A stretch of DNA of 63,926 nucleotides, the filler included, from Thraustochytrium aureum (Eukaryota), in assembly GCA_012862495.1 (NCBI GenBank). It is 9 parts of 4 records of this genome, joined end to end, with 100 filler letters (N's around TTAATTAATTAA, not from the genome) between each part and the next. Parts side by side here need not be neighbours in the genome. Positions count along the whole stretch, not along the records: positions 41,382 to 47,345 come from BLSG01000002.1; positions 47,446 to 52,542 come from BLSG01000003.1; positions 52,643 to 60,477 come from BLSG01000004.1; 6 more parts are not named here. One strand, written 5' to 3'. Positions within the stretch are counted from its first letter, which is position 1. The number at the start of each line of letters is the position of its first letter. The translations under genes were made by a program, and so were the position numbers. The notes beneath the pieces were generated by a model that saw only the letters and a list, made by a program, of their open reading frames with translations, did not search any database and was not told the DNA's origin. Shown one piece after another: positions 47,077-58,727 of the stretch.

Positions 47077-47824
47077 GGCCCAATAAATCGCCAGCGAACA
47101 AAGAAGCCAAAAACGAACAAAGGAGCAAGGCCCTCGACGCTCTGGGCTCGTCACTTCACCAACTTTGCGGCTCGAAGGCACCTTGACTGCTATTGGCGGA
47201 AACAAGAAAAGTCGAGAGCATTCAATTAGAATGTTCTATGTGTTTCCAGTAGTAAAAAAAGAACATTGGCTGTTCTGTGCGATTTTTTGCACTTTTTCCG
47301 ACGGACAGAGCTCTCGGAAAACTCGAAATGTATGACCGTGTGCCCNNNNNNNNNNNNNNNNNNNNNNNNNNNNNNNNNNNNNNNNNNNNTTAATTAATTA
47401 ANNNNNNNNNNNNNNNNNNNNNNNNNNNNNNNNNNNNNNNNNNNNGGTTCTTATGGGACTGGTCTGGGGGCTCTTCAGCACGCGGCCTCCGTCGCGAGCC
47501 TAGACTTTCTCGTAGTTAACCACTATGCCTTATGCAACACTTAAAGGGCACCCTAAGTGGCACACGGCCTGTAAAATGTTTTGGGGTCGGCGTAAACCAG
47601 TGCGATGCAGTCACGCTTTGTCAGAAACGAGCAAGCGAGCGACCGGAAAGCAAGCAGTCCGCACAAATCACTGCGCGCAACGCCCGTACCGAGCCGTGAT
47701 AAGTGCCGTTCCGAAGACGCAATTTGGGGTGGTCATTTGCTTTGTTGCACCGACGAGTGAGCAGCGCGAGCGAGGACAGCAAGCTGAGGCGCTGACATCG
47801 TAAACAATCTCGGTCAAGAGGGCA

Positions 47825-48872
47825 ATGAAAAAAATACACCTATTGGGGATTGCAGTGGGCCTAGGCGGTTTGAGTTGGTTCCTGTTGGCCGTGATATTCA
47901 GCGCACGTCAGTGTCTGCCACTTGAGGATCCACGCAGCGCCGAGCTTACATTTCACAATGCTAAGAAACAGGTCGTCAACCATGAGCCAAAACTATTTCT
48001 GAGTTCCGAGCGGGCAGAAAGTTCAGATATGACGCCACTTCTTCTCAACGATGAGGACAAGCCTTTGAGCGCGTTGGTTGACACAAAGATCTCGCTGGAG
48101 TCAACATACTCGTTTGGGCGGCCTTTTGTTTCCAAGTCAGGGAGAAAATTTATCGCTCTAACCGTAACTTTGCCGCTGACACACGGCCCGTACAATGAGT
48201 CGCGAATCGGCAAGTTCGAAGTCGCATGGGCAAGTGCATGGCCAGGATTGCATATCAAGCGGGCACTAACGTTCAAGAACCATGCCAAAATTCGCGGCAT
48301 GGCTGTTTTTGTCTCGATGTACTTGAGCATGGTTCACGCCCTATTAGTCGTCCCGGATTTTTGATTATCTGCTCGTGTTCGAAGACGACGCACTCCCATT
48401 CAGTGGTACAACGTGGCCCAGCCAGGAAGAGAACGACCTTGAAAGACGCTTGGAGGAGTTGGAGCGCGTAAACGGCAGCGTTGTTTTTCTCGGGGCCCAA
48501 TGCTTGGATGCTGACCCACCAAACCCAAGACAGTCTATCGTTCACGGTACTTTTGGATACGGTGCCTATGCGTGGATTGCCAATCGGCGGGGTGTTATGC
48601 GTCTTGCGCATGCTTTTGGTGTGGCCATTGCTGAAAAGAAAAATGAGAACAACGCGCCCGACTTAGAGCTTTGGAAAATTTGGGCAAATGACGGAGGCAG
48701 TACAGGCGCCTATGTTGCCGCACCGCTTCTCGTTGACCACGACCGAGGTTTCTCACAGACATGGGAAGGTTTTGTCAGACGTCCATTCGAGGGAAAGAGG
48801 GAATGGTGGACTTTACAACGCAAATTCCAATACGATAGAGATGGTAGGATAAAGAAGTGCAGCCACCTTTAG
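47825..48872 (+). CDS. GT25-like glycosyltransferase, type II membrane protein; one indel
   Basis: N-terminal TM segment; DYLLVFEDDA read across a T-homopolymer indel near 48360; VVFLG, YGAYAWIANRRGVMRL, APD and PLLVDH. Confidence 0.7.
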
Positions 48873-49419
48873 ATGTCAGTCCCGTTAAGGCCTTTAAAAC
48901 TAAAACTAAACTAAAACTAAAAGGTCAAGGTTTGGTGCTGCTTTCTCAGAGCGACTCATGGGGCACGGTGCTCCGGTGAATGAACNNNNNNNNNNNNNNN
49001 NNNNNNNNNNNNNNNNNNNNNNNNNNNNNNNNNNNNNNNNNNNNNNNNNNNNNNNNNNNNNNNNNNNNNNNNNNNNNNNNNNNNNNNNNNNNNNNNNNNN
49101 NNNNNNNNNNNNNNNNNNNNNNNNNNNNNNNNNNNNNNNNNNNNNNNNNNNNNNNNNNNNNNNNNNNNNNNNNNNNNNNNNNNNNNNNNNNNNNNNNNNN
49201 NNNNNNNNNNNNNNNNNNNNCAAGGGAGTCAGCCGACCTCCCGAGGTTGACAGCTTGGGGCTGTCGAGGCTCGATCTTGGGGATCGACCTCACCCGGTCG
49301 CAGGGGCGACCGGCAACGCGCACAGGGTGCGCTCGGACGCGCCGAGGGGGCGCAGGACCGGTCAGGGGCCGGTAGCACGCCACGGGGGTCGTGCAAGGGG
49401 CGTCAGAGTACGACGCACA

Positions 49420-52400
49420 ATGTCAGGATCGGACGCCAATAGGGTTGGCGAAGGAAGCGATTTTGACGTCTTCTGGCAGCAAGGCCACGCCAGACAGACT
49501 AGGTTGACAGAAGGTCAACCAGGGACGCCGCATCACATGGGCGTCCATACCGCCGCACAGCCGTACGGCGGCGAGCTGCCGTCCAGCGCGCGAGCCGCGA
49601 GCAAGTGGAGAGAGCGAACGCGCGCTCGAGAGGCCGAGCAGCTCAAAAGCGCCGTACGGGCGGCACCGGCTCAGTCAGGCAGACTGAGCCACGACGGGAG
49701 TGTCTCTGGCTCAGGCACCCCCGTCTCCTCTCACGGAAGTGCGGGGCGCACCCCCGGGGTGCCACACTTTCGTGGGGAGGATATGAGCAGCCCCTGGCAT
49801 ACCACCAGTGCTGCTCACTTTGCGAGCCACCCACCCATGCAGCCGGTTGGGATGGGCGTGCGAGACGGTGGCATGCCGCCTCCGATGGGCAGTGGTTTTC
49901 AACCACATTCCCTTCCCGCTCGGGACCCTCCCTTCCTCCATGAACTGAGCCTCAGCAGCCTGCAGAGGTTCAGGGCGGAACTACACAGCTACGTCCTCCT
50001 TCGCACCGGGGTCCAGCTTGGACTCTCGGGTTGGCACCTGAACTGGACACCACAGGGCCCGCGCGACCCGTCCGTACCATTGTTTCCGCCGTACTGGACG
50101 GAGACGTTTGATGCATGGTTCGCCGTCATTCTCCAGGCACAGACGGCGGTGGCGCGACCTATCCTCGCACACTCCCCTGATCTGCGACCGGCCGGCATGG
50201 CGGCGTGGTACAGGCTCGTCCATACGTTCATCGAGTCTCCGAACCATNNNNNNNNNNNNNNNNNNNNNNNNNNNNNNNNNNNNNNNNNNNNNNNNNNNNN
50301 NNNNNNNNNNNNNNNNNNNNNNNNNNNNNNNNNNNNNNNNNNNNNNNNNNNNNNNNNNNNNNNNNNNNNNNNNNNNNNNNNNNNNNNNNNNNNNNNNNNN
50401 NNNNNNNNNNNNNNNNNNNNNNNNNNNNNNNNNNNNNNNNNNNNNNNNNNNNNNNNNNNNNNNNNNNNNNNNNNNNNNNNNNNNNNNNNNNNNNNNNNNN
50501 NNNNNNNNNNNNNNNNNNNNNNNNNNNNNNNNNNNNNNNNNNNNNNNNNNNNNNNNNNNNNNNNNNNNNNNNNNNNNNNNNNNNNNNNNNNNNNNNNNNN
50601 NNNNNNNNNNNNNNNNNNNNNNNNNNNNNNNNNNNNNNNNNNNNNNNNNNNNNNNNNNNNNNNNNNNNNNNNNNNNNNNNNNNNNNNNNNNNNNNNNNNN
50701 NNNNNNNNNNNNNNNNNNNNNNNNNNNNNNNNNNNNNCACGGTTCCGGATGACTGGCTAACGCGCGTACCGTCGTACCTCCAGGCCGGGCTGAAACGTAT
50801 TCAGTTTAACCAGTCCAACAAACCGTCGCCGTTGGCTTACTCCCGTGACTCTCCGGTGCCGGCTTCATCCGGCCGCGCGATCGCGCTGTTTGACACCGGC
50901 TGTTCTGACACCCTGGTCCCGGAGGAGGTCAGCCTCCTCGAGGAAACTCCATTTTCTCCTGAGCAGGCGCCGAGTTTCAACACAGCCACTGGTGTCGAGG
51001 TCGGGTCGTCGCACGGAGTCTTGGAGGTGCACCTCTGGGATGCACGGGGTCGCTCGCACCCGCTGGCCCTGCATGCGATCAAGCTTCCGGGGCTGCGACG
51101 CATTCTCGTTGGGCGAGGCCCGCTGCGTGACGCCGGTTTTCACTTGCGTACCGGGCCGGACCAACAAGACTGTCTGGTGAGCGAGCGTGACGAGGGCTTG
51201 GTCATTCCCCTCCTCGCTGACCAGGACGGTTTGCCGACGCTTCCCATGCGCTTGCAGCCGGTCGAGGCTGGCATGCGCCAAAATGGGGCGGCGTGGTTCG
51301 CGATGACTCTGCGGAATGCTGAGGAAGACGGGGCGCCGGCGACACCCGCGCCTGCTGCGGTTCGGGTTCTGCAGGCTCCTCCAGTGGAGGACCCGGTCAC
51401 GCTGGAGGACTCAGCGCGTACAACCGTTACAGAGCGCATGGCGCATCTCCGTCTAGGTCATGCACACGCCACCCAGCTGCACATGGCCGCTCGGGCCTCC
51501 CAGGACTTGCGCATCCACGGTGGCAAGATGGTGTGTCCCTGTCACACGTGTGCGGTTTCGAAGGCGCGTCAAACCCCGGTTCCAAGGGGCCCACACTCGC
51601 CGCGGAGCACCGACATCGGAAGATGGTTTCATGTCGATATCAGTGGTGTCAAGCCTCGTAGTCACGGCGGCGCGACTTCCTACCTCGTGCTGATTGAGGA
51701 GGTCTCGCGTTTCGTGGTCGTGCAACTGCTTCCCAACCACCGGGGCGAGTCCATTGCTGTGGCTCTTGTGGACGCTCTCCTCGAGTTCTCGCGCCATAAA
51801 CCATTGCCGCCTGCCTTCACCGTCCAGAGCGACTCGGAGTTTGGGGCGGCGCAGATTGTGGATGCGCTGCGCGAAAGGGGCGGATCGTTCGTGTTCGTGT
51901 CGCCCAAGGAGCATGAAAATGCAGGGACGGCGGAGCGCTGGGTCGGCACGACGTGGCGGATGGCTATGTGCATGTTGCGCACGAGCCGCCTCAGTGATGC
52001 GTTTTGGAGCTACGCCGTGCGCCACGCCGCGTTCATTCTTGCTCGCCTTCCGGTCGGGAAATCTACTGTCTCGCCATACGAGTCGGTCACCGGACGGGCG
52101 CCGGCTCTCGCTCACTTGCCGATTTTTGGCTCGCTCGCATACGCTGTCGTTGCACCTGGCGGCGCTTTGCGTGCGAAAGGACCGGCAGACCGCGTAGCGT
52201 CACTGGCCATCTTTCTTGGCATGCGTTCTGATGCCACGTTTGGGGTCGCACGGCTGTTGTCGCTCGAGACGGGGCATTTGATCTCGGCGCGCTCGTTCCG
52301 CTCAGATGAGTCCGTTTTTCCGGCTGCACGTGAGTCCGTGCAGGAGCTACAGCTCGCGTTGCGTTCGCGGGACCTTGGCGTCCCCCCGACACATCCTGCC

Positions 52401-52541
52401 CTCGTCGGTGGTCCGGCGCCGCCGGATACCAGTACGCTTCAGCAGCTTCTTGGGGCCGCCGTTAGTATTGGCGGGGACTCAGGCGCGGCTCTACGCTCGC
52501 CGTCGCTGGGGCGCTCCTCGGATCTCTCCTCATCCAGTAGC
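49420..52541 (+). mobile_element. Ty1/copia LTR retrotransposon, partial (gag-like ORF, protease, integrase); RT/RNase H beyond scaffold end
   Basis: Protease ALFDTGCS; GAG-pre-integrase HLRLGH...CPCHTC; integrase D (FHVDISG, 51636), D (QSDSEF, 51831) and E (NAGTAERW, 51933); FWSYAV, SPYE and FGSLAY. The PR-INT order is copia-type. The gag assignment of 49420-50247 is positional only. Confidence 0.88.
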
Positions 52542-53029
52542 CNNNNNNNNNNNNNNNNNNNNNNNNNNNNNNNNNNNNNNNNNNNNTTAATTAATTAANN
52601 NNNNNNNNNNNNNNNNNNNNNNNNNNNNNNNNNNNNNNNNNNCGAAAGGCGCTTTTCCAGCAGCCATCTGTGGAATTCGCCCGTCAGATCCGTGAGCTTT
52701 GCGAGGTCCAGCTTTGCCGCCCTGTTGAGCTCTTGCAGGTAGATTGATCTTGAAAGAATTCTCGAGTCGGTTTTTGAAACGGTCGTGTTTGGCAGTGCCT
52801 CAACGCCCACAGCGAGCTCGGGCTGGAGCGAGTCCGAAGCAAGCGTGGACGCTACGCTTGGCGCTTGTCCGCCGCGGCCACACGCATTCCGCGTGCGCAC
52901 GCACTCCGCTGCGCTTGCACCGAGCAAGGCGCGTTGGACCACGAACGGACAGGGTGGGACTTGCGCTGTGCAGACAAGACGGGCAACAGTTGGCTCCTGT
53001 TCAGCGCAGCCGCGGACGCGCACGGACGC

Positions 53030-53061
53030 GCACGGCAAGGCACGGCAAGGCACGGCAAGGC
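53030..53061 (+). repeat. 10-bp tandem repeat (GCACGGCAAG) x3
   Basis: Directly visible upstream of the Frag1/DRAM-like gene. Confidence 0.8.
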
Positions 53062-53170
53062 AGCTTGCTGCTCGTTGTGCGAGAGTGGAGGCCGCCCCGT
53101 GCTGGAGAGTGCGACTCGTCGGAAGGTTCGAACTTGGCGCGAGCCGAAAAAGTGCCGCTGGCCATCAGCA

Positions 53171-54771
53171 ATGGCGGTCGTTGTGGCGGCCAGTGCCGCT
53201 GCCTTCGCGCACGGGATCGCCAAGCTCTTCGTGGGCGCCTTCCTGGCAGCTTACTTGGTTTTCTGTGTGCAATCTGACGGGCCGGCCTTCTTACCAACGT
53301 AAGTCTCTGAGCGACCTGATGGCCTTGCACGCATACGCATGATTTTTGCCAACGCCCACCGCACTGACAGGGGGCGCGCGCTGCCTTCCCAGTCTGTCCA
53401 CGACGTGGGACTACGCCCCTGGTAACTTTATCTCGCGCTGGGCCATCGGCGTCGGTTGCGTGGGCATGTACACAATTCAGTACATCATTCGCTTTGGCGA
53501 CGAGGAGCGGGACGCAGAAACGGGACGCTCCGCGCACGACGAGCTGACGCTGTTCCATTTTTCGCAACTGGGGGTTTTCTTCCTCTCTGTTGTTGGCGCC
53601 GTGTGCAGCGCCGCATCCAAGCCAGAGTGCCGCGGCAACTCGACGGTCCACTATTTTGCCGCGATCTCGTTTTTTGTCATCTACGACCTCTACATGGCGA
53701 TCCTCTTGATGCGAGGCAAAGGCGCGATCGCTCTAGCGCGCAGAACGCGCGCTGTTCTGTGGGGCTTGCTGGGGATTAGCGTGGCGACCAAGATCCGGTT
53801 TGCTGGAGCGGCCACGCTCCAGGGCTTCGGGCTTGGCTCGCCCGCGTTCCCGTCGCTTGCCGTCCTCGAGTGGGCCGACGTCGGCACGATCATCAGCTGG
53901 ACGAGCACCTACACTGCCTCTGTTGGCGCAGACCTCGCCGTCGGACTCGTTACGCAAACCGACTCTCCGAGCCGACAAGAGCGCCAACGCCAAGGCTTGC
54001 TTGCAGAGTCGAGCGCGGGATCTGTTCTTTGGAGCATGGACGGCATCAAGACACTGCAAGTCGCCCTTAGGTACGCCTTTGGGACGCTGCTGGGCTGTCT
54101 TGTGGTTTCCGTTGCCTTTGGCACCCTTGAAGAACCGACTGCCGTACATCAGCGACACGTTCGTCTGGCCGCCAGGAAACTACATTAGCCGGTGGGCCGG
54201 CATCATTGGGACGACCTACCTGTCCCTGTTTTACGTCAGCTTGTGGCTCGCCTATAAGGAGCGCTTTCCGCGCGCCGTGGCTTCGGCGCTTGTCGGCCTT
54301 TCGCTCGTGGGCAGTGCCACGCTCAGCATGGTCATGATCGTCTCTGAGACGGAAGACAGCGCGCTGCACTTTCTGAACGCCGGCATCTTTTTTGCGTCCA
54401 CAGACGTCTTCCTAGTGCTCTTTGCTCTGGCAGCGCACCGTTACCCGTCGTCGCACGGCAGCCTTGCGCAAGGTTCTCAAAGCCTCGTCGCTCTTGCAGC
54501 ACTGTCGCTTGCAACCAAGTCGCGCTTCTTTATGGCGGGAGGCTTGAGCGAGGACGGCGTCATCGCGGCGCGGGACCCGCTCATCGAATCAGTGAAAGCA
54601 GCTCTCGAGTGGTCGAACGCCATCGCGATCCTCGCCTTCCTCACGCACCTACCCTGCCACTTTGCCGAGGGCCTGGCCACGACAAAGTATGTCATCTTTC
54701 GTAAAAGCGCGTGGGATGCGACGGAGGGAACCCCGCTTGGGCAAGCGCCGCCGAACACCGCGTGCAAGTAA
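53171..54771 (+). CDS. Multi-pass membrane protein with two tandem Frag1/DRAM/Sfk1-like domains; intron 53299-53392
   Basis: Removing the GTAAGT...ACTGAC...CCCAG intron gives LPTLSTTWDYAPGNFISRW. The second copy reads LPYISDTFVWPPGNYISRW. Conserved VHYFAAISFF and LHFLNAGIFF; LEWAD and LEWSN. One indel near 54133. Confidence 0.8.
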
Positions 54772-55092
54772 GTAATTCAACGTTGCAGAAAGGCAAGCGC
54801 CAAATTCAGAAAGATTCTTGCTTGGTTGACCTCGTGCGACCACCCACCGCGCTCTTCTCGCCATCTGGGTAGAGTAGGTAGCCACAGAGTATCTTCGATT
54901 CGCATTTGACTTCCAGCCTTTGTGGGGCTGGCCTGGGTCCTCTCCAGCGTGGCGCATCGAGACGGCCAGGTGGTGAATCTACTGGGCTCGGCAGCGCCGC
55001 TTCGTTCGAAGGGTGCGCGTTCCGTCGCTTTCGGCGCAGCACACCAGCCAAACCGGGAAAACGTCAGACTACGCAACGCTCAAAGCGCGGAG

Positions 55093-57047
55093 TCAGCTTG
55101 GTGTCAAAGAGAGGTTGGCCGCCTCGGTTTCTTTGAGGAAGACGTTCCTGTTGATCGAGTAGAACTGGCGCGTCGGGCCTCGGCAGCCTTTGTGACAAAC
55201 CTTCACTCGAACTAAGTCACCTCGCCCGCCAGTCTTCGACCCAGCCTGCCGACGGGCGCTCTCGACGCAATGACCGTACAGACCCGGGGTGGGCGGGATC
55301 ATGTTGTAGACGCACTCATCCACAAACGCGGCTTTGTAGTGCCCTTGGGCGCGAATGAAGAAAACCCAAAAAGAAAGCCCTGAATAGTCTCCATCGCGAC
55401 TGGAGCAGGCATCTTGTTGCGCTGCAGCCGACGGAGCACGTAAAGAGACGGGAAGCGCGGAAGCAGCGGACCAGAGTGGTTCCACCCCGTGTACCTGTCG
55501 AACGGAAACTCGCGCACCAGCCCCGCCAGCGTCTCAAATGTCTCCCGGCTCGGCCGAAGCCGCAAAAAGCCCCCGTTTAGAGTCGTCGACATGTCGCGAG
55601 TTGCGAGGAGATCGAACGACGGATCCGCGAAAATCTCGGGAATCGGCTCGTAGACCTCGATGTCGGAATCCAGGGCCAGCACCGAGTCGTACTGGGTCAA
55701 TTTGAATATGTTGAGCTTGTAAAACTCGGTGAACCCGCAGCAGTTCGGCTCCGTCCTCAAAAGCTGCAGAGTGGACCGGCGCTGATCTGCCATCCGGATC
55801 CCCTCTGGCTGCTCGACCCGTACCTCTGGCGGCAGTCTTTTGGTGAATTCGATGAAGCCAGCGAGGCGCGACTTGATTTCCCACTCGGAATTCGGTGGAG
55901 CACACACCAGAACATCCACCTTGAGCGAGGCAGACGACATTTTGCGGGCTACCGAGACCAGCTGGCTAACCTTTGTCTCGACCATCTTGAGGTTGGCCTT
56001 GAACTTGGCGTCACGCCCATCCTCGCCCTCCAAGACGAACAAACCCAGGGCCACCTTGCGTTGCACGTCTGCCCCCCCTGCGACCTCGGTCTCGGCAAGG
56101 CGTTGTTTCAAGTCGTCCTCAAAGAGCGCGTTGGGACTAGGCCACCAGCCGTTTTCCAAGCAAAGGTCGCGATCGCTCACGTACCGGAAAACAGTCTTGT
56201 CGACGAACTGCGGCTGGGGTGCTGCCAGGGGGCCGACGGGCCCTGGTTGCGTTTGCGGCACCAAGCGGGGAGGGTCGTCCGACGGCCACGACAGCACCCT
56301 TGGGTCGTCCACGTAAAACGCTGTTTTCGGGACTTGGGCCGCACCTTTGGGGAGAGTGACCGGTTCGTTCCATATGCCGCAGAGCCTATGGCGATTCCGA
56401 ACGTCATAGAGTGCTGCCCCTGTGTCCGCGTCGTAAAGGCCAAGCGTCTGGCTAGAGTGCATATTGATGGCTTGGCGCTCAAGCCAGTCGCCCGAGTCTG
56501 TCAACTTGGCTTGCGCAATGTTGGCGACAACGATGAGGACATGCGAGAGCTGCCCGCAGGCGTCCTTCGCTTCGTGCTCCAGTCTCATCGCTTCCATCAA
56601 AGCGCACCATGCTTCTGGGCGTCGCCCGAAAACAGGATGAAAGCACCCGATTCCGCTCATTGCCACGCTGCTGACACAGTACCCGCGGAGCTCGGCCCAC
56701 TTGTGCGTCGTTTCGGCAATCATCGGACTTGCACTAGTGTCAAAACTGTTCGAGATAATTTGGTGTCCAAGGGAGGTTATCACCACAACCCCAAGGCGGA
56801 GCTCGAGCTGTCGCCAGTCATGCGGCATTTTCGCTCGTGATGGTTCACTCAGCGAGGGAGCTTTGCCCTTGCCCAACGAATTGTCTTCTATCGCGGCCCA
56901 TGCCGCTTTCTGAGCAAGGGACGCGAAGATATACATTCCGATGACCGCAGCCACTGCCCGCAGCATCCACGGTGGTGCGCCGCTTCTTGGAGGCGTTCGC
57001 CTGGCGCGCGGGGTCGGCGGCCCCCCCAGCGACGGAAACCCCACCAT
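55093..57047 (-). CDS. GT8/glycogenin-like glycosyltransferase, type II membrane protein; indel near C-terminus
   Basis: N-terminal TM segment; CCGFTEFYKLNIFKLTQYDSVLALDSD (DxD); LNGGFLRLRPS; TIQG; DECVYN in the shifted frame ending at 55093. Confidence 0.8.
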
Positions 57048-58727
57048 TAAAGCCACGTCCGACTGCCGAAGCGCTCCTGCTCGCAGAGCGGCGCCCTGCC
57101 ACCAGGTTCTCGCCGCGCACGGGGCACCTACCTGCCTCGACCCGCAGCTGGGCCCTTTCTGGGCTGCAGCTCCGCCCTGGTCTCTGAGTGCCGCTTCCAG
57201 TGGATTCGCAGCAATGAGCAATGAGGGTGAACCGAGGGCAATAATCCGCAGAGTCACAAGCTCAAATAGAGCCTCGTTCGGTCTCGGCGGCTCCGTGAGG
57301 AGGCCCCACTGTCATTTAGTACCGGTAGAAAGTACCAAGAAAAACGCTCAGACACTCGCGGCTCTGCTTGGCACGGCGGGAGCATGCCGCAGACGATTCT
57401 GCCAACGACGAGGCTGCCACCGCTGGGCCTGTTTTTCGGTGTTGTACACCACAAAACGGAGACTTCTAGTCTTTAGGCTAATAGAGGACTAACGAATTTA
57501 CCCGTGTCACGGTGCCACACTCAAAAGTACTGGTAGGTATTCTCCGGGCGCTTGATAATCCANNNNNNNNNNNNNNNNNNNNNNNNNNNNNNNNNNNNNN
57601 NNNNNNNNNNNNNNNNNNNNNNNNNNNNNNNNNNNNNNNNNNNNNNNNNNNNNNNNNNNNNNNNNNNNNNNNNNNNNNNNNNNNNNNNNNNNNNNNNNNN
57701 NNNNNNNNNNNNNNNNNNNNNNNNNNNNNNNNNNNNNNNNNNNNNNNNNNNNNNNNNNNNNNNNNNNNNNNNNNNNNNNNNNNNNNNNNNNNNNNNNNNN
57801 NNNNNNNNNNNNNNNNNNNNNNNNNNNNNNNNNNNNNNNNNNNNNNNNNNNNNNNNNNNNNNNNNNNNNNNNNNNNNNNNNNNNNNNNNNNNNNNNNNNN
57901 NNNNNNNNNNNNNNNNNNNNNNNNNNNNNNNNNNNNNNNNNNNNNNNNNNNNNNNNNNNNNNNNNNNNNNNNNNNNNNNNNNNNNNNNNNNNNNNNNNNN
58001 NNNNNNNNNNNNNNNNNNNNNNNNNNNNNNNNNNNNNNCTGGTTCTGGCTGTCTGGTTGGGGTTGCTCTTTCCGCGGATGGTCTCAGAGGTAGCTACTCC
58101 ACCTGTGTCAAGGCCTTTCGCCTGTCCACTTGAGCAGCGCCCGTTGTCACAGGGTACGTTGCGGCGTTCAAGGCCAGCGACAAGGGCAGCTTTCAAAGCC
58201 ACCCCTTCCGCCCCAGGTGCGCAGTGCGCAAGACGGTACTTAGACAACTATATCGTGCCAGTGTCCGATTTCACCGCCTTGTTTGAGGATCTGAGGACTT
58301 TAAAGCTGCACTGCCTGTGAAACTGGGCGCAGCGACAGTGCGACAAGAACAGCGAACTCCTCTGCGTCAGCCTGTTCGGTTCCCAGCGAGAGAACGCGAA
58401 TGCTTGCGATGCTTTGCTCTTTTCCACCATAGAAAGTTGCGAATGGACTCTGCTTCTTCGTCATTTTTAAATAGCCGACGAAATGTGTTCTGACGAGGCC
58501 GTCACGTTTCGAGACGCCAATTCCTGCTCGCACTGGCAGGCCCTCATGGCGCCGGCTGCTGGCAAGGCTTCGCGCTTTGCTTGTTCTGTAGACCACACAC
58601 TCTACTCTAGCTCTAGCTTGAGAGAGCAGGCCTACGTCGGTGGACGCCCATCAGCAGCGTGGGTATGCAGGACGGCGCGATGATCGAGTCCGACGGAGCA
58701 ACTCGCTGCCCATGTCCTTTGCCTGGC

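Larger units (their letters stand above)
41382..47345. mobile_element. Kolobok-like DNA transposon (transposase plus convergent KolX-like ORF); termini not securely defined
   Basis: Two long, intact, tail-to-tail ORFs separated by a 90-bp AT-rich spacer fill the scaffold. GC appears lower than in the host genes. Motifs are given in the two CDS entries. Confidence 0.72.
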
